From Candidatus Kapaibacterium sp. (GTDB lineage: Bacteria; Bacteroidota; Ignavibacteria; Kapaibacteriales; WFXC01), in the NCBI GenBank assembly GCA_015490805.1, contig WFXC01000033.1, positions 5,347 to 69,346 of the forward strand: a DNA stretch of 64,000 nucleotides. Direction: 5' to 3'. The notes under the pieces were generated by a model, which saw nothing but the letters and a program-made list of their open reading frames with translations, was not told the origin of the DNA and ran no database searches. The first letter of the stretch is position 1. The number at the start of each line of letters is the position of its first letter. The position numbers were made by a program, and so were the translations under genes. This document shows, piece after piece, positions 1 through 9,842 of this stretch.

Positions 1-582
1 AGGACCAAAGGTGCGATCTCCCATCAACACCGAGAATTGATTTCCTTCGGAAACGCGACACAGAAAGCGGGTCAGAGAGCGATCCTGGACGATAGATCCT
101 TCAAACGTCTGAGGCAGCGGCACTGTTTCCTTCTGCTTCCATTCTCCATCAGCAAATTGAAACCGGACCAGCTCCTGTTGTCCGCCAATATACCCAACGA
201 CGCTGGCAGTCAGCCCATCGTCAGCAAATTGCAGATCATACGCAATGGTATACGCCAACTCCAGCGTTTGTCCATCCAGCAGCACCGACACCGTATTTTG
301 AAAATAGGTCACCGTTCCCCAATGCAGCCCATCGGGTGAAAAAACGGGGCGCATAATATACTCTGCTTCAGCAGACTTGTACCCATTCACATAAAGCCGC
401 ATATACCGCTCATAGGGCTGGGTCAAAATCCACCAATTCGAGGTTGAATCCAAACCGAATCGCAAAACCGTCTCCTCCCCTCCAAATACCTGGCGTTCCT
501 CCATTCCCTGCGCATATAGCCACGGTGGGATCACAAGGAATATCAGGAGGAAACTCCCTACGCTCCCGATTACAGATCGCAT
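1..582 (-). CDS. Secreted protein with WD40/PD40-like beta-propeller signature (3'-truncated by window edge)
   Basis: Not in ORF track. Manual translation gives MRSVIGSVGSFLLIFLVIPPWLYAQ (signal peptide) ... RPVFSPDGLHWGTV ... LQFADDG, open to position 1. Confidence 0.7.
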   Translation of the reverse strand, partial: MRSVIGSVGSFLLIFLVIPPWLYAQGMEERQVFGGEETVLRFGLDSTSNWWILTQPYERYMRLYVNGYKSAEAEYIMRPVFSPDGLHWGTVTYFQNTVSVLLDGQTLELAYTIAYDLQFADDGLTASVVGYIGGQQELVRFQFADGEWKQKETVPLPQTFEGSIVQDRSLTRFLCRVSEGNQFSVLMGDRTFGP

Positions 583-740
583 TCCGATCTCATTGTATTC
601 AGACTCGCCACTTCCAGAACCAATCTCTTGCCAGCTCGGCACCGAGCCTGACACTCCTCAGTGCACATTCACTCAAAGCCTTCTCTCTCCACCGCACCTC
701 GATGCCGCTTTACTTCTCTCTCGTGCTAAAAAGGAATCCC

Positions 741-1994
741 TTACGCCACAGCTTCAGCCTGTCGAATCGCCTCCGTTACTTTTTCTGCTGCTTCTTTAAA
801 GGTCTTTGCTACCGTAAACCGGAGTCCGGCATTTTCCAGAATACGCCGTCCCTCTTCAGCATTGGTTCCTTCCAGTCGCACAATCACCGGGACTGTGACT
901 TCCACCTGCTGCAACGCCTGCACAATGCCCTGAGCAACGCGATCGCAGCGGACGATACCACCGAAAATGTTGATCAGCACCGCCTTCACGTTGGGATCAC
1001 TCATCATAATGCGGAAGCCATTGGCAATCCGTTCAACATTCGCGCCTCCACCCACATCTAAAAAGTTTGCAGGCTCACCGCCGGCTAATTTAATCAGATC
1101 CATCGTTGCCATTGCCAGTCCAGCACCATTGACCATACAGCCGACATTCCCATCCAGCCGAATGTAGTTCAATCCATATTTCGCTGCCTCCACTTCCAGC
1201 GGATCTTCTTCGGCAATGTCTCGCAACTGCTGATAGTCCGAATGTCGGTACAGCGCGTTATCATCAAAATTCATCTTGGCATCTAACGCCAGCAACTGTC
1301 CATCGTGGGTGGTTACCAGCGGGTTGATCTCCAGCAGGCTACAATCCAGCTCTTCATAGGCTTTTGCCAGATTCAGCGCCAACCTCACAAACTGCTTGAG
1401 CAGATTGCCGGAAAATCCCAATCGAAAGCCCAGCCGGCGTGCCTGAAACGGAAAGAGGCCATAAGCAGGATGAATGGCTTCTTTAAAAATTTTCTCCGGA
1501 TGTTCCCTTGCCACTTCTTCAATTTCCACTCCTCCCTCTGAGGATGCCATCATCACATTCTGCCCGCGTTTCCGATCCAGCGTAATACCCAGATAGTATT
1601 CTCGATCCAGAGCAACTCCCTGCTCGATCAGCAACTTATGGATCACCTTGCCCTCTTTCCCCGTCTGGACCGTCACCAGCTTGTTGCCCAGAATTACTTT
1701 CGCCAGTCGGTATGCTTTATCGGCGATATTTCCTCCAGATACGACCATCACTCCCCGCACCTGCTTTCCTTCGTATTCAACCGGCTGTCCCGTTTCCCGG
1801 TCGACCACTATTCCCTTGCCCCGCCCTCCGGCGTGCACCTGCACCTTCAGCACAATCGTGTCAATCCCATTGAGCACAAATTCCCGGTAGGTAATCGCTC
1901 CTGCCTCTTCCGCGGAAAACACGACTCGACCAAACGGCACCGGAATCTGAAAACGCGACAGCAGCTCTTTAGCCTGATACTCGTGAATCTTCAT
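741..1994 (-). CDS. sucC: Succinyl-CoA synthetase beta subunit (ADP-forming)
   Basis: MKIHEYQAKELL, VHAGGRGK, EINPL, GCMVNGAGLAMATMD, NFLDVGGGA, NIFGGIVRCD; start set at ATG 1994. Confidence 0.97.
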   Translation of the reverse strand: MKIHEYQAKELLSRFQIPVPFGRVVFSAEEAGAITYREFVLNGIDTIVLKVQVHAGGRGKGIVVDRETGQPVEYEGKQVRGVMVVSGGNIADKAYRLAKVILGNKLVTVQTGKEGKVIHKLLIEQGVALDREYYLGITLDRKRGQNVMMASSEGGVEIEEVAREHPEKIFKEAIHPAYGLFPFQARRLGFRLGFSGNLLKQFVRLALNLAKAYEELDCSLLEINPLVTTHDGQLLALDAKMNFDDNALYRHSDYQQLRDIAEEDPLEVEAAKYGLNYIRLDGNVGCMVNGAGLAMATMDLIKLAGGEPANFLDVGGGANVERIANGFRIMMSDPNVKAVLINIFGGIVRCDRVAQGIVQALQQVEVTVPVIVRLEGTNAEEGRRILENAGLRFTVAKTFKEAAEKVTEAIRQAEAVA

Positions 1995-2018
1995 TCTCAC
2001 TCCCTCTCAAATTTTTTG

Positions 2019-2026
2019 TAACTTTG
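2019..2026 (+). promoter_or_regulatory. Bacteroidota-type sigma70 -7 element upstream of phnD
   Basis: TAACTTTG matches TAnnTTTG, ~70 nt before the phnD start. Confidence 0.55.
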
Positions 2027-2093
2027 CGTTTCGGATACTGTAAGCGAATTGCAAATTAACGAAATTATGGCGAGTTACCGGGAACGATAAGAA

Positions 2094-3020
2094 GTGCGAT
2101 ACGCAAAATTCTACATTCCGCTGCTGGTGTTGATTCTGCTCAAACTCTCTTTCCAGCCATTGTTTGAATCGCAAGAGCTGGGGTCTGCTGCCAATCCCAT
2201 CAAGATTGCGCTCACGCCATCGGTCGACGCACAAAAAATCACGCTCAGTGCTGACGAACTGGTTAACTTCCTGGAACAGTACACCGGTTATCACTTCACC
2301 TATATGGTACCTGCCAGCTATATCGCCGTCGTTGAAGCACTGGGAAGTGGCAAAGCCGATGTTGCCATTATGAACACCTTCAGCTATTTGTTAGCGCACG
2401 AGAAATACGGCGCACGGGCGGTTCTGAAAGTTGTCCGCCGCTACGGAGAAACAACCTACAAAGGGCAATTCATTACGCGCGTTGATTCCGGTATCGATTC
2501 ACTCCAGGACATTGCTGGCAAACGCATCGCTTACGTCGATCCTGCTTCAACCTCAGGGTACCTGCTCCCCAAAGCAATGCTGGATTCCTTAGGGATCAAA
2601 CCCGCCGAAGAAGTTTTTGCAATGAAGCACGATAACGTTGTTACAATGGTGTATCAGGGACAGGTCGACGTCGGCGCTACGTATTACTCCCCGCCGGATA
2701 CTGCGACTGGAGAATATCTGGACGCACGCGCGCGTGTGAAGCAGCAGTTCCCCGACGTGTTTGAAAAAATCAAGATCATCGGGTTCACTCAGGATATTCC
2801 AAACGATCCGGTCGTAGTGCGCAAAGATTTACCAGAAGAAATGGTGCGCAAAATTGTCGAAGGATTGCTGGCTTTCCAGTCAACGCCGGAAGGGCGGAAA
2901 GCACTGTACGAGATTTACAGCGTGGAAGGCTTTGCACCCGCTACCGATGCAGACTACGATGTGCTCCGGAACATTCTTCGTAAACAGGGAATATCGCTGG
3001 AGAAATTGGTGAAGAAATAA
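2094..3020 (+). CDS. phnD: Phosphate/phosphite/phosphonate ABC transporter substrate-binding protein (PhnD/PtxB family)
   Basis: N-terminal hydrophobic signal, YVDPASTSGY, KHDNVV, IPNDPVVVR; first gene of an SBP-ATPase-permease operon. Confidence 0.9.
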   Translation: MRYAKFYIPLLVLILLKLSFQPLFESQELGSAANPIKIALTPSVDAQKITLSADELVNFLEQYTGYHFTYMVPASYIAVVEALGSGKADVAIMNTFSYLLAHEKYGARAVLKVVRRYGETTYKGQFITRVDSGIDSLQDIAGKRIAYVDPASTSGYLLPKAMLDSLGIKPAEEVFAMKHDNVVTMVYQGQVDVGATYYSPPDTATGEYLDARARVKQQFPDVFEKIKIIGFTQDIPNDPVVVRKDLPEEMVRKIVEGLLAFQSTPEGRKALYEIYSVEGFAPATDADYDVLRNILRKQGISLEKLVKK

Positions 3021-3022
3021 CG

Positions 3023-3787
3023 ATGGCACTGATCGAACTGCGAAAACTGAACAAAATCTACCCCAATGGAGTCCACGCACTGGTCGACGTTGATTTGACG
3101 GTACAGGAAGGCGAATTCCTTGTCGTGATCGGCCTGAGCGGTTCTGGCAAATCCACCTTACTGCGGTGTATCAACCGCCTAATTGAACCCACTTCCGGAC
3201 AGATTTTATACCGTGGGCAGGACGTTACGCACATTCAGGGAAAAGAGCTTCGGCAGTACCGCAAGAAAATCGGGATGATCTTTCAGCAATTCAACCTCAT
3301 CAAGCGCCGGACCGTGCTCCTCAATGTCCTGACTGGCGCTCTGGGCTCTTTACCCGTACTCCCGTCGATTCTGGAGCGATTTCCGGACAACCTGCGACAG
3401 GAGGCGATGGAAAAGCTGCGCATTGTGGGACTGGAAGACAAGTGGAACGTTCGGGTCGATGCCCTCAGCGGCGGTCAGCAGCAGCGGGTTGCCATCGCCC
3501 GTTCCCTGATGCAACACCCCGAAGTGCTCTTAGCCGATGAGCCCGTTGCCAGTCTGGACCCGGCAACTTCCCACTCTGTGATGAAATACCTGAAACAGCT
3601 CAATACCGACTATGGGATGACCATCATCTGCAACCTGCACTTCCTGAGCCTGGTCCGTACCTATGGCACACGCGTCGTAGCCCTGAAACAGGGCAAATTG
3701 ATCTTCCGGGGCAAGCCGGAAGAAATCACCCAGGAATGGTTCAAAGAAATCTATGGAGAAGAAGCAGAAGAAGTGGAAATAGCATGA
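3023..3787 (+). CDS. phnC: Phosphonate ABC transporter ATP-binding protein
   Basis: Walker A GLSGSGKS, LSGGQQQRV, LADEPVASLDP, CNLH. Confidence 0.93.
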   Translation: MALIELRKLNKIYPNGVHALVDVDLTVQEGEFLVVIGLSGSGKSTLLRCINRLIEPTSGQILYRGQDVTHIQGKELRQYRKKIGMIFQQFNLIKRRTVLLNVLTGALGSLPVLPSILERFPDNLRQEAMEKLRIVGLEDKWNVRVDALSGGQQQRVAIARSLMQHPEVLLADEPVASLDPATSHSVMKYLKQLNTDYGMTIICNLHFLSLVRTYGTRVVALKQGKLIFRGKPEEITQEWFKEIYGEEAEEVEIA

Positions 3788-3796
3788 CACGGCTGA

Positions 3797-4837
3797 ATGG
3801 GCACTGAAACAAAATCGCAAACGACAACGGCACAGAAATTCCAGGCACTGATCCTGGACATTTTCTTCGGCATCTACTTTGTCGTTACCCTGCACCGCGT
3901 TTTTTACTACCAGGTGCTCCTCTCGCTGCGCAAGTTGCCACCGGTCACTGTGGAGATTGTGCTGCTCTATATTGGGATCGGCACTATTCTGGGATTGGCT
4001 CTCTTTTTCCTCAACGCTTCGCCGGGCAAACTCATTTTCCGACAGTTGCCGGATGTACCGTGGAAAAAAGCGGTAGCGGAACATTTTCTGTGGATTATCG
4101 GCGTGCTGACAATTGCTACCGGGTGGGTTGTGACCAGAGTCTCTATTCTCGATTTCTTTTCTCAGGAAGGTCTGGCGGGAGCAAAACGGATCTTTTCTGC
4201 CCTGCTATCCCCTGAATGGTCTATTCTGCCTCAGGCACTGCTGGCAATTGTGGAAACGATTTATCTGGCACTGATGGCAACGCTCTTTGCCCTCCCGGTT
4301 GCTTTCATCCTGAGTTTTTTCACTGCCCGCAACCTGATGCGTCAAAGTCCTATTACGCTGGGCATCTACACCGTCCTGCGGGTGTTGGTAAACTTTACCC
4401 GCTCGATCGAACCGCTGATCTGGGCAATCATTTTCACCGTATGGGTTGGTATCGGTCCCTTTGCTGGAACACTAGCGCTAATGGTTCACACCATCGCCTC
4501 TCTTACAAAGCTATACTCAGAGCAAATTGAAAATGTGGACCCTGGGCCCATCGAAGCAATTGAAGCAACCGGCGCCCACCCAATGCAGGTCATCTGGTTC
4601 GCCGTCGTACCCCAAATTGTGCTTCCTTTCCTGAGCTTTACCATCTATCGATGGGACATCAACGTTCGGATGGCAACGATCATCGGACTGGTCGGCGGTG
4701 GTGGAATCGGAACGCTCCTGATGCAATATCAGGGGCTGGCGCAATGGCACGAAGTTGGACTGCTGGTGCTTATCATCGCAATCGTCGTCTGGATTATGGA
4801 CTACCTCTCTGCTCGAATTCGGGAAGCACTGGTGTAA
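3797..4837 (+). CDS. phnE: Phosphonate ABC transporter permease (N-terminally extended)
   Basis: RSIEPLIWA, KLYSEQIE, GPIEAIEATGA, RWDINVR..IIGLVGGGGIG. Confidence 0.92.
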   Translation: MGTETKSQTTTAQKFQALILDIFFGIYFVVTLHRVFYYQVLLSLRKLPPVTVEIVLLYIGIGTILGLALFFLNASPGKLIFRQLPDVPWKKAVAEHFLWIIGVLTIATGWVVTRVSILDFFSQEGLAGAKRIFSALLSPEWSILPQALLAIVETIYLALMATLFALPVAFILSFFTARNLMRQSPITLGIYTVLRVLVNFTRSIEPLIWAIIFTVWVGIGPFAGTLALMVHTIASLTKLYSEQIENVDPGPIEAIEATGAHPMQVIWFAVVPQIVLPFLSFTIYRWDINVRMATIIGLVGGGGIGTLLMQYQGLAQWHEVGLLVLIIAIVVWIMDYLSARIREALV

Positions 4838-5012
4838 ACCGGGAAGCACGTACATAAATCGACATCTTAAAAACCGTAGCGGCTGGTTCTTATCAGGAAG
4901 TCCTGGTTGAACTGAACCCTGACTGTTCATTTCCTTCCCGGAAACGCTCATTAAACGTTTGAGACCAGAATTGGCTCTAAAGGGACACTGTTGCAGAAAT
5001 TGGGGCATTCCG

Positions 5013-6695
5013 ATGGCACGGCAAATGCATCGACGTTCTTTTCTCCGAACGCTCACATCGCTTCCCTTTGATCAGCATCCTGCGCTGCAAAAAGCGTTTA
5101 CTCCCCAACCGTTGAACCTGACAACAGGATTGGAGCCGTACCAGCCCAATAGCAAACTCTCTGCGGAGGATGCTCGGCACCTTCTGCGGCGTACCTGCTT
5201 TTCACCCACGCCAGCAGAACTGGAAACGGCGACGAAAATGACGCCTGCAGAGGCAGTCGACCATTTACTTCGTCCTTTGCCATCCCCTCCAATTCCTGAG
5301 TGGTACGATACCGATCCCCTCTCTCCCAGCGAGCTCCGCCGACTCACCGAGGAAGAACGGCGTGCCTATCGCCAGCAGCAATTCCAACAAATCTTTGAGC
5401 TAATCCGGTGGTGGTACGACCTGATGATTGCCACCGATTTTTCACTGCGAGAGAAAATGGTCTTTTTCTTCCACAACCATTTCACCTCTGGATTTGTTGA
5501 AGTGAAAGTACCTCATTATATGCTCACGCAAAATATGCTCTTTCGAGAATATGCATTCGGGAACCTCAAAGAGCTTACGGAAAAAATTGTTTACGATCCG
5601 GCAATGCTGGTGTATCTGAACGGCAATGTGAACACTCTGCGCCGACCCAATGAAAACTTTGGTCGTGAATTGCTGGAACTGTTTACGATGGGCGAAGGGA
5701 ACTACACCGAGTGGGATATTGTCGAAGTTTCCCGCGTTTGCACTGGATGGTTTAACACGTTCCGCAAACCCTACTACGATTTCGATCCTTTTCCGAAAAA
5801 CCCGCGACTTCGCCGCCACGACTATCTGTCGAAATCCATATTTGGTGAGATCATCGATCCTCAGGTCAATGATGATATGAGCACTGCGGAAATTCGAGAG
5901 CGCGGGATGGCGGAAATTCCACAACTGATCGATCTGATTTTTCGACAGCAATTTGACGAATCACGAGGCTACGACGCCAGCCATCCCTACTATGGTAAAT
6001 CCGTCGCAGCCGTTTTCTTCGCAGCAAAACTCTACCGAACCTTCGTATACGAGATCGTAGACCCCACGATCGTTGCTGCTTTAGCAGACTTGCTGGTTGA
6101 AAACAACTTCCAGCTAAAACCCGTGTTAAAAACTCTCCTGCAAAGTGCTCATTTCTTCGATCCCCAGTTGCGGGGAGCGCAGATCAAAAGTCCTCTGGAT
6201 TTTACCGTCGGATTGCTCCGAATGTACCCTTTCGTGGAACTCTACAGAAACAACCAGCGCACCTGGAATTCCATCTTACGCTCTGTTACTAGCGTCAACA
6301 CGATTCTGGGACTCCGGCTGTTGCAACCTCCCGATGTATCAGGGTGGCCCGGACATCGGGACTGGCTGAACACGTTTACCTATCCTTACCGCAATGCGGT
6401 CTCGGACCTTGCTATTCAAACCCTGCTGCAACAATCCCCCCTGGTGCTCTATCAATTTGCTCAGCAATTTCCCTCTTTCCAGAGCAATGTCCGCACCTTT
6501 GTCTCAGAAGCAACTTCCTATCTGCTGGCATTTCCTCCGCTTGAAAGCGAATTTGACAACCTGGTCGAAACACTCTTAGATGGAGCGCCAGAATATGAAT
6601 GGAGCGACATTGCGCAAAATGCGCAAACAGTGATTCCCCGACTTCGGGCTTTCTTCCAGGCAACGATGAAACTACCGCAATTTCAATTGACGTAA
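5013..6695 (+). CDS. DUF1800 family protein
   Basis: HLLRR..F, LREKM..FFHNHF, DPAMLVYLN, PNENFGRELLELFTMG, PPDVSGW; followed by DUF1501. Start placed at ATG 5013. Confidence 0.9.
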   Translation: MARQMHRRSFLRTLTSLPFDQHPALQKAFTPQPLNLTTGLEPYQPNSKLSAEDARHLLRRTCFSPTPAELETATKMTPAEAVDHLLRPLPSPPIPEWYDTDPLSPSELRRLTEEERRAYRQQQFQQIFELIRWWYDLMIATDFSLREKMVFFFHNHFTSGFVEVKVPHYMLTQNMLFREYAFGNLKELTEKIVYDPAMLVYLNGNVNTLRRPNENFGRELLELFTMGEGNYTEWDIVEVSRVCTGWFNTFRKPYYDFDPFPKNPRLRRHDYLSKSIFGEIIDPQVNDDMSTAEIRERGMAEIPQLIDLIFRQQFDESRGYDASHPYYGKSVAAVFFAAKLYRTFVYEIVDPTIVAALADLLVENNFQLKPVLKTLLQSAHFFDPQLRGAQIKSPLDFTVGLLRMYPFVELYRNNQRTWNSILRSVTSVNTILGLRLLQPPDVSGWPGHRDWLNTFTYPYRNAVSDLAIQTLLQQSPLVLYQFAQQFPSFQSNVRTFVSEATSYLLAFPPLESEFDNLVETLLDGAPEYEWSDIAQNAQTVIPRLRAFFQATMKLPQFQLT

Positions 6696-6723
6696 TCAAG
6701 TTCCACAAAAAGGATAGATTCAG

Positions 6724-8292
6724 ATGAAACGCCGGTCATTCCTCAAAGCAATGGGTGTGACCCTTGCCAGCCTTCCCATCATCGGTAATCGCCCCTTAGC
6801 TGCGCTATCTTCTGCACCGACTTTTGACAACCTGCGGCGACTAACAGCCGGAACGGATAAAATTTTTGTGCTAGTCCAGCTTCGTGGTGGCAACGACGGG
6901 CTGAATACCTTAGTACCCAAAGAGAATCCGTTGTACTATGAACGACGCCCCACTATCGCCATTCCCAAGGAAAATACTTTACCCCTGACCGACACCTTAG
7001 GATGGCATCCCTCTTGCGAAGGACTCCGAATTCTGTTCGATGAAGGACGCTTAGCGATTGTCCAGGGGGTCACGTATCCCAATCCGAATCGATCCCATTT
7101 CCGGGGAACAGACATCTGGATTACAGCAACTGATGCAAATGTCTTTGAGAGTACCGGCTGGGTTGGACGGTATCTGGAGCTGACGCACCCCGAATATCCC
7201 GACACCTTGCCCACTGATCCGTTAGCCATTGAGATCGGCGGATTCTCCTCTCGCATTTTCCAGACTTCCAAAGGGAATGTAGCCGTTACCTTCAGCGACC
7301 CTGAAGAATTCTACCAGCTGGTCGGTGAATCTCCTACTCCTGCTTTTCCTCCAGCACCGGATACACCGGCAGGCAAAGAACTGGAATTTGTACGCACGAT
7401 CGCAACCGCCTCGAACATTTACAGCAAACGGGTCAAGGAAGCAGCGGACAAAGGACACAACGCTGTCGAGTATCCGGAAGACAATGACTTAGCCCAGAGC
7501 TTGAAAATTGTTGCCCGCTTGATTGCCGGCGGATTGCAAACTCCCATTTATCTGGTGTCTATCCGGGGCAATGCTTTCGATACGCACGCCAATCAAGGCG
7601 GTGTTGAGGGCGAGCACGCTGCGCTGCTTGCCGAAGTTTCATCGGCACTGCGCCTCTTTCTGGACGATCTTCGATCGCTGGGACTGGAAGACCGGGTTGC
7701 CGGAATGACGTTCTCTGAATTTGGGCGACGCGTTCAGGAAAACGGCAGTCTGGGAACTGATCACGGCACCGCTGCGCCGCTCTTTGTCTTCGGCGGGAGT
7801 GTCAACGGTGGAATGATTTTCGGAGAAGATCCGGATCTGGAAAATCTGGACAATCGGGGCGACCTTCTGATGCAGTACGACTACCGACAGGTCTACAGCT
7901 CCGTCCTTGCACAGTGGTTCCAGGCACCGGAGACGCAAATTGAACAAATCCTGTTTCGCGACTTTACGGAACTACCACTCTTTAAGATCACTGGCGTTAC
8001 AAATGAATCTTCGCCTTCTCCTACCACTGTGCCATTGCAGTTGCTCCAGATGTTTCCCGCGCCCGCTAATGGATCTGTCACCCTGCGGTACCGCGTGCAG
8101 CAACCCGGCTCTCTTGCTATTGCTGTCTATAACCTCAAAGGGCAGCATATTCTGACCCTGCTGCAACAGTTTGCAGCTACCGGGGAATATCAACGAACAT
8201 TTGACACAACGCCGCTCCGCTCTGGAACCTATATCCTCCAGCTTCAACTGGATCGTTATCAAACCTATCACCGGCTGGACATTGTCCATTAA
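6724..8292 (+). CDS. DUF1501 family protein with Tat-like signal and T9SS-type C-terminal domain
   Basis: MKRRSFLK, LRGGNDGLN, NRSHF, FDTHANQ, FSEFGRR..NGSLGTDHG; C-terminal FPAP...VYNLKGQ...SGTYILQL. Confidence 0.9.
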   Translation: MKRRSFLKAMGVTLASLPIIGNRPLAALSSAPTFDNLRRLTAGTDKIFVLVQLRGGNDGLNTLVPKENPLYYERRPTIAIPKENTLPLTDTLGWHPSCEGLRILFDEGRLAIVQGVTYPNPNRSHFRGTDIWITATDANVFESTGWVGRYLELTHPEYPDTLPTDPLAIEIGGFSSRIFQTSKGNVAVTFSDPEEFYQLVGESPTPAFPPAPDTPAGKELEFVRTIATASNIYSKRVKEAADKGHNAVEYPEDNDLAQSLKIVARLIAGGLQTPIYLVSIRGNAFDTHANQGGVEGEHAALLAEVSSALRLFLDDLRSLGLEDRVAGMTFSEFGRRVQENGSLGTDHGTAAPLFVFGGSVNGGMIFGEDPDLENLDNRGDLLMQYDYRQVYSSVLAQWFQAPETQIEQILFRDFTELPLFKITGVTNESSPSPTTVPLQLLQMFPAPANGSVTLRYRVQQPGSLAIAVYNLKGQHILTLLQQFAATGEYQRTFDTTPLRSGTYILQLQLDRYQTYHRLDIVH

Positions 8293-8490
8293 CAAAGCAG
8301 TGCTTCCGTTCGCAGCATCCTGAATCTCGAAACCCGAAATCAGCGCAAGTGCTATCTTCAGGCTTTGGAAGTGCGCCTGCTGGAAACAGGGGGCACTTCC
8401 ACTTCCCCTTTGCAGGGGACCTCAAGAGGCTCTAAGACACCCCGTGATTCTGGTCACCATATCGGCACTCTGGACTCTTCCCCCTCGACT

Positions 8491-8518
8491 TAAAGTTTCA
8501 CCTTGCGGTCGCCGATAC
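8491..8518 (+). promoter_or_regulatory. Sigma28 (FliA/SigD)-type promoter
   Basis: TAAAGTTT...GCCGATAC (TAAA-N16-GCCGATAC) ~80 nt upstream of motB. Confidence 0.8.
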
Positions 8519-8600
8519 CACCAATGAACAAACTAAAAGTCCGATCGCTGGCGTCAAATAGGATACCAGCGATGTACAATGAGCAGCAGGGGCAATACAA

Positions 8601-9383
8601 ATGAGTCATAAACCGCAATTTTCTGAAATGCGAGATCCGAACAATCCGGATCGGTATCTGGTGACCTATGCCGATCTGATCACTCTTCTCTTGGGATTGT
8701 TCGTGATTCTGTACGCCACCGCTCAGGTCGATGTTGGCAAATATCGGGAATTTGCTGCTGCATTGGGTCAATACTTTAAAGCAACACCTGATAGCACGTT
8801 GATCGGCGGCGGCGCTATCCTCCCCGCAGCAAAGCGAACTCTACCACAACCCATTTTGCCAACAGCAGAACGCCGTTCGCTGGATCAAATTTCTCAGGAG
8901 TTAGAAAAAACGTTTCAGCAGCAGATCCAGAGCAACCTGATTGAACTGGAACGCACTCCCTCACAGGTTCGTCTCCGCCTGCGGGATAAACTCCTTTTCG
9001 AGTCTGGCAAAGCCGATCTCCAGGTTACAGCCGCAGCGGTATTGGACTCCTTAGCTACCATCTTAGCAGGTCTACAAAAACAGATCATCGTTGAAGGACA
9101 CACGGACAATGTACCGATTTCCACCTTTCGGTACCCCTCCAACTGGCATCTTTCGGTCGATCGCGCCCTGACGGTTGCCTACTACCTGATGCAACGGGGA
9201 GTGCCAGAGCGTTTCCTGACCGTTTGCGGCTATGCGGATCAACGACCTATTGCTTCGAACGCAACACCGGAGGGACGAGCCCGGAACCGGCGAGTCGAAA
9301 TTGTCATCGAGGAACCAGAAGCCAACATTCCAACAACCGAAGGATATATTCGCAGCAGTATCACAAACAAACCCGCTTCGTAA
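8601..9383 (+). CDS. motB: Flagellar motor stator protein MotB (OmpA-like C-terminal domain)
   Basis: TM segment YLVTYADLITLLLGLFVILYA with conserved Asp; VEGHTDN, SNWHLS..RA, NRRVEI. Confidence 0.88.
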   Translation: MSHKPQFSEMRDPNNPDRYLVTYADLITLLLGLFVILYATAQVDVGKYREFAAALGQYFKATPDSTLIGGGAILPAAKRTLPQPILPTAERRSLDQISQELEKTFQQQIQSNLIELERTPSQVRLRLRDKLLFESGKADLQVTAAAVLDSLATILAGLQKQIIVEGHTDNVPISTFRYPSNWHLSVDRALTVAYYLMQRGVPERFLTVCGYADQRPIASNATPEGRARNRRVEIVIEEPEANIPTTEGYIRSSITNKPAS

Positions 9384-9827
9384 ATGCAGCAGCAAGCAAT
9401 TATGGAACAGCAATCACAACCATCGGACGTTATCACACTCCAGACTGCTCAATTTGGGACGTTGCAGATTCAACCCCATCACATTTTCCACTTTCCTCAG
9501 GGGATTATTGGGTTCGAGCATCTCACACGTTTTGTCTTAATCAGCGATGAGAAAACACAGCCAATCAAATGGCTGCTTGCTGTTGATGATCCTACCGTTG
9601 GTTTTCCTGTTGTCAACGTTTTGCTAGTACGTCCCGATTATCCTCTCGTTCGGAAGCTTAATTCTCGAAAAAGTGTTATATTAACAATTCTAACGCTGGG
9701 TAAAGACAAAAACATAACGGCAAACTTGCGGGCGCCGATTATTTTAGACATTGAACAACAAGAGGGAAAGCAGATTGTCTTAACCTCTGACGAGTTTTCG
9801 TTTGAATACGTTGTGCTGCAGCAATAA
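9384..9827 (+). CDS. fliW: Flagellar assembly factor FliW
   Basis: FG......IFHFPQGIIGFE, TANLRAPII, GKQIVL; directly upstream of csrA. Confidence 0.92.
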   Translation: MQQQAIMEQQSQPSDVITLQTAQFGTLQIQPHHIFHFPQGIIGFEHLTRFVLISDEKTQPIKWLLAVDDPTVGFPVVNVLLVRPDYPLVRKLNSRKSVILTILTLGKDKNITANLRAPIILDIEQQEGKQIVLTSDEFSFEYVVLQQ

Positions 9828-9842
9828 AGTCTTAGCATACGA

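Noticed and set aside
37-1061. Plus-strand ORFs 37-339, 444-1061, 593-799
   Set aside because: Antisense to sucC and to the minus-strand signal-peptide gene at 1-582.
4885-4945. CTTATCAGGAAG resembling the start of a SAM-I riboswitch
   Set aside because: Remaining SAM-I core elements are absent and the downstream gene is unrelated to methionine/SAM.
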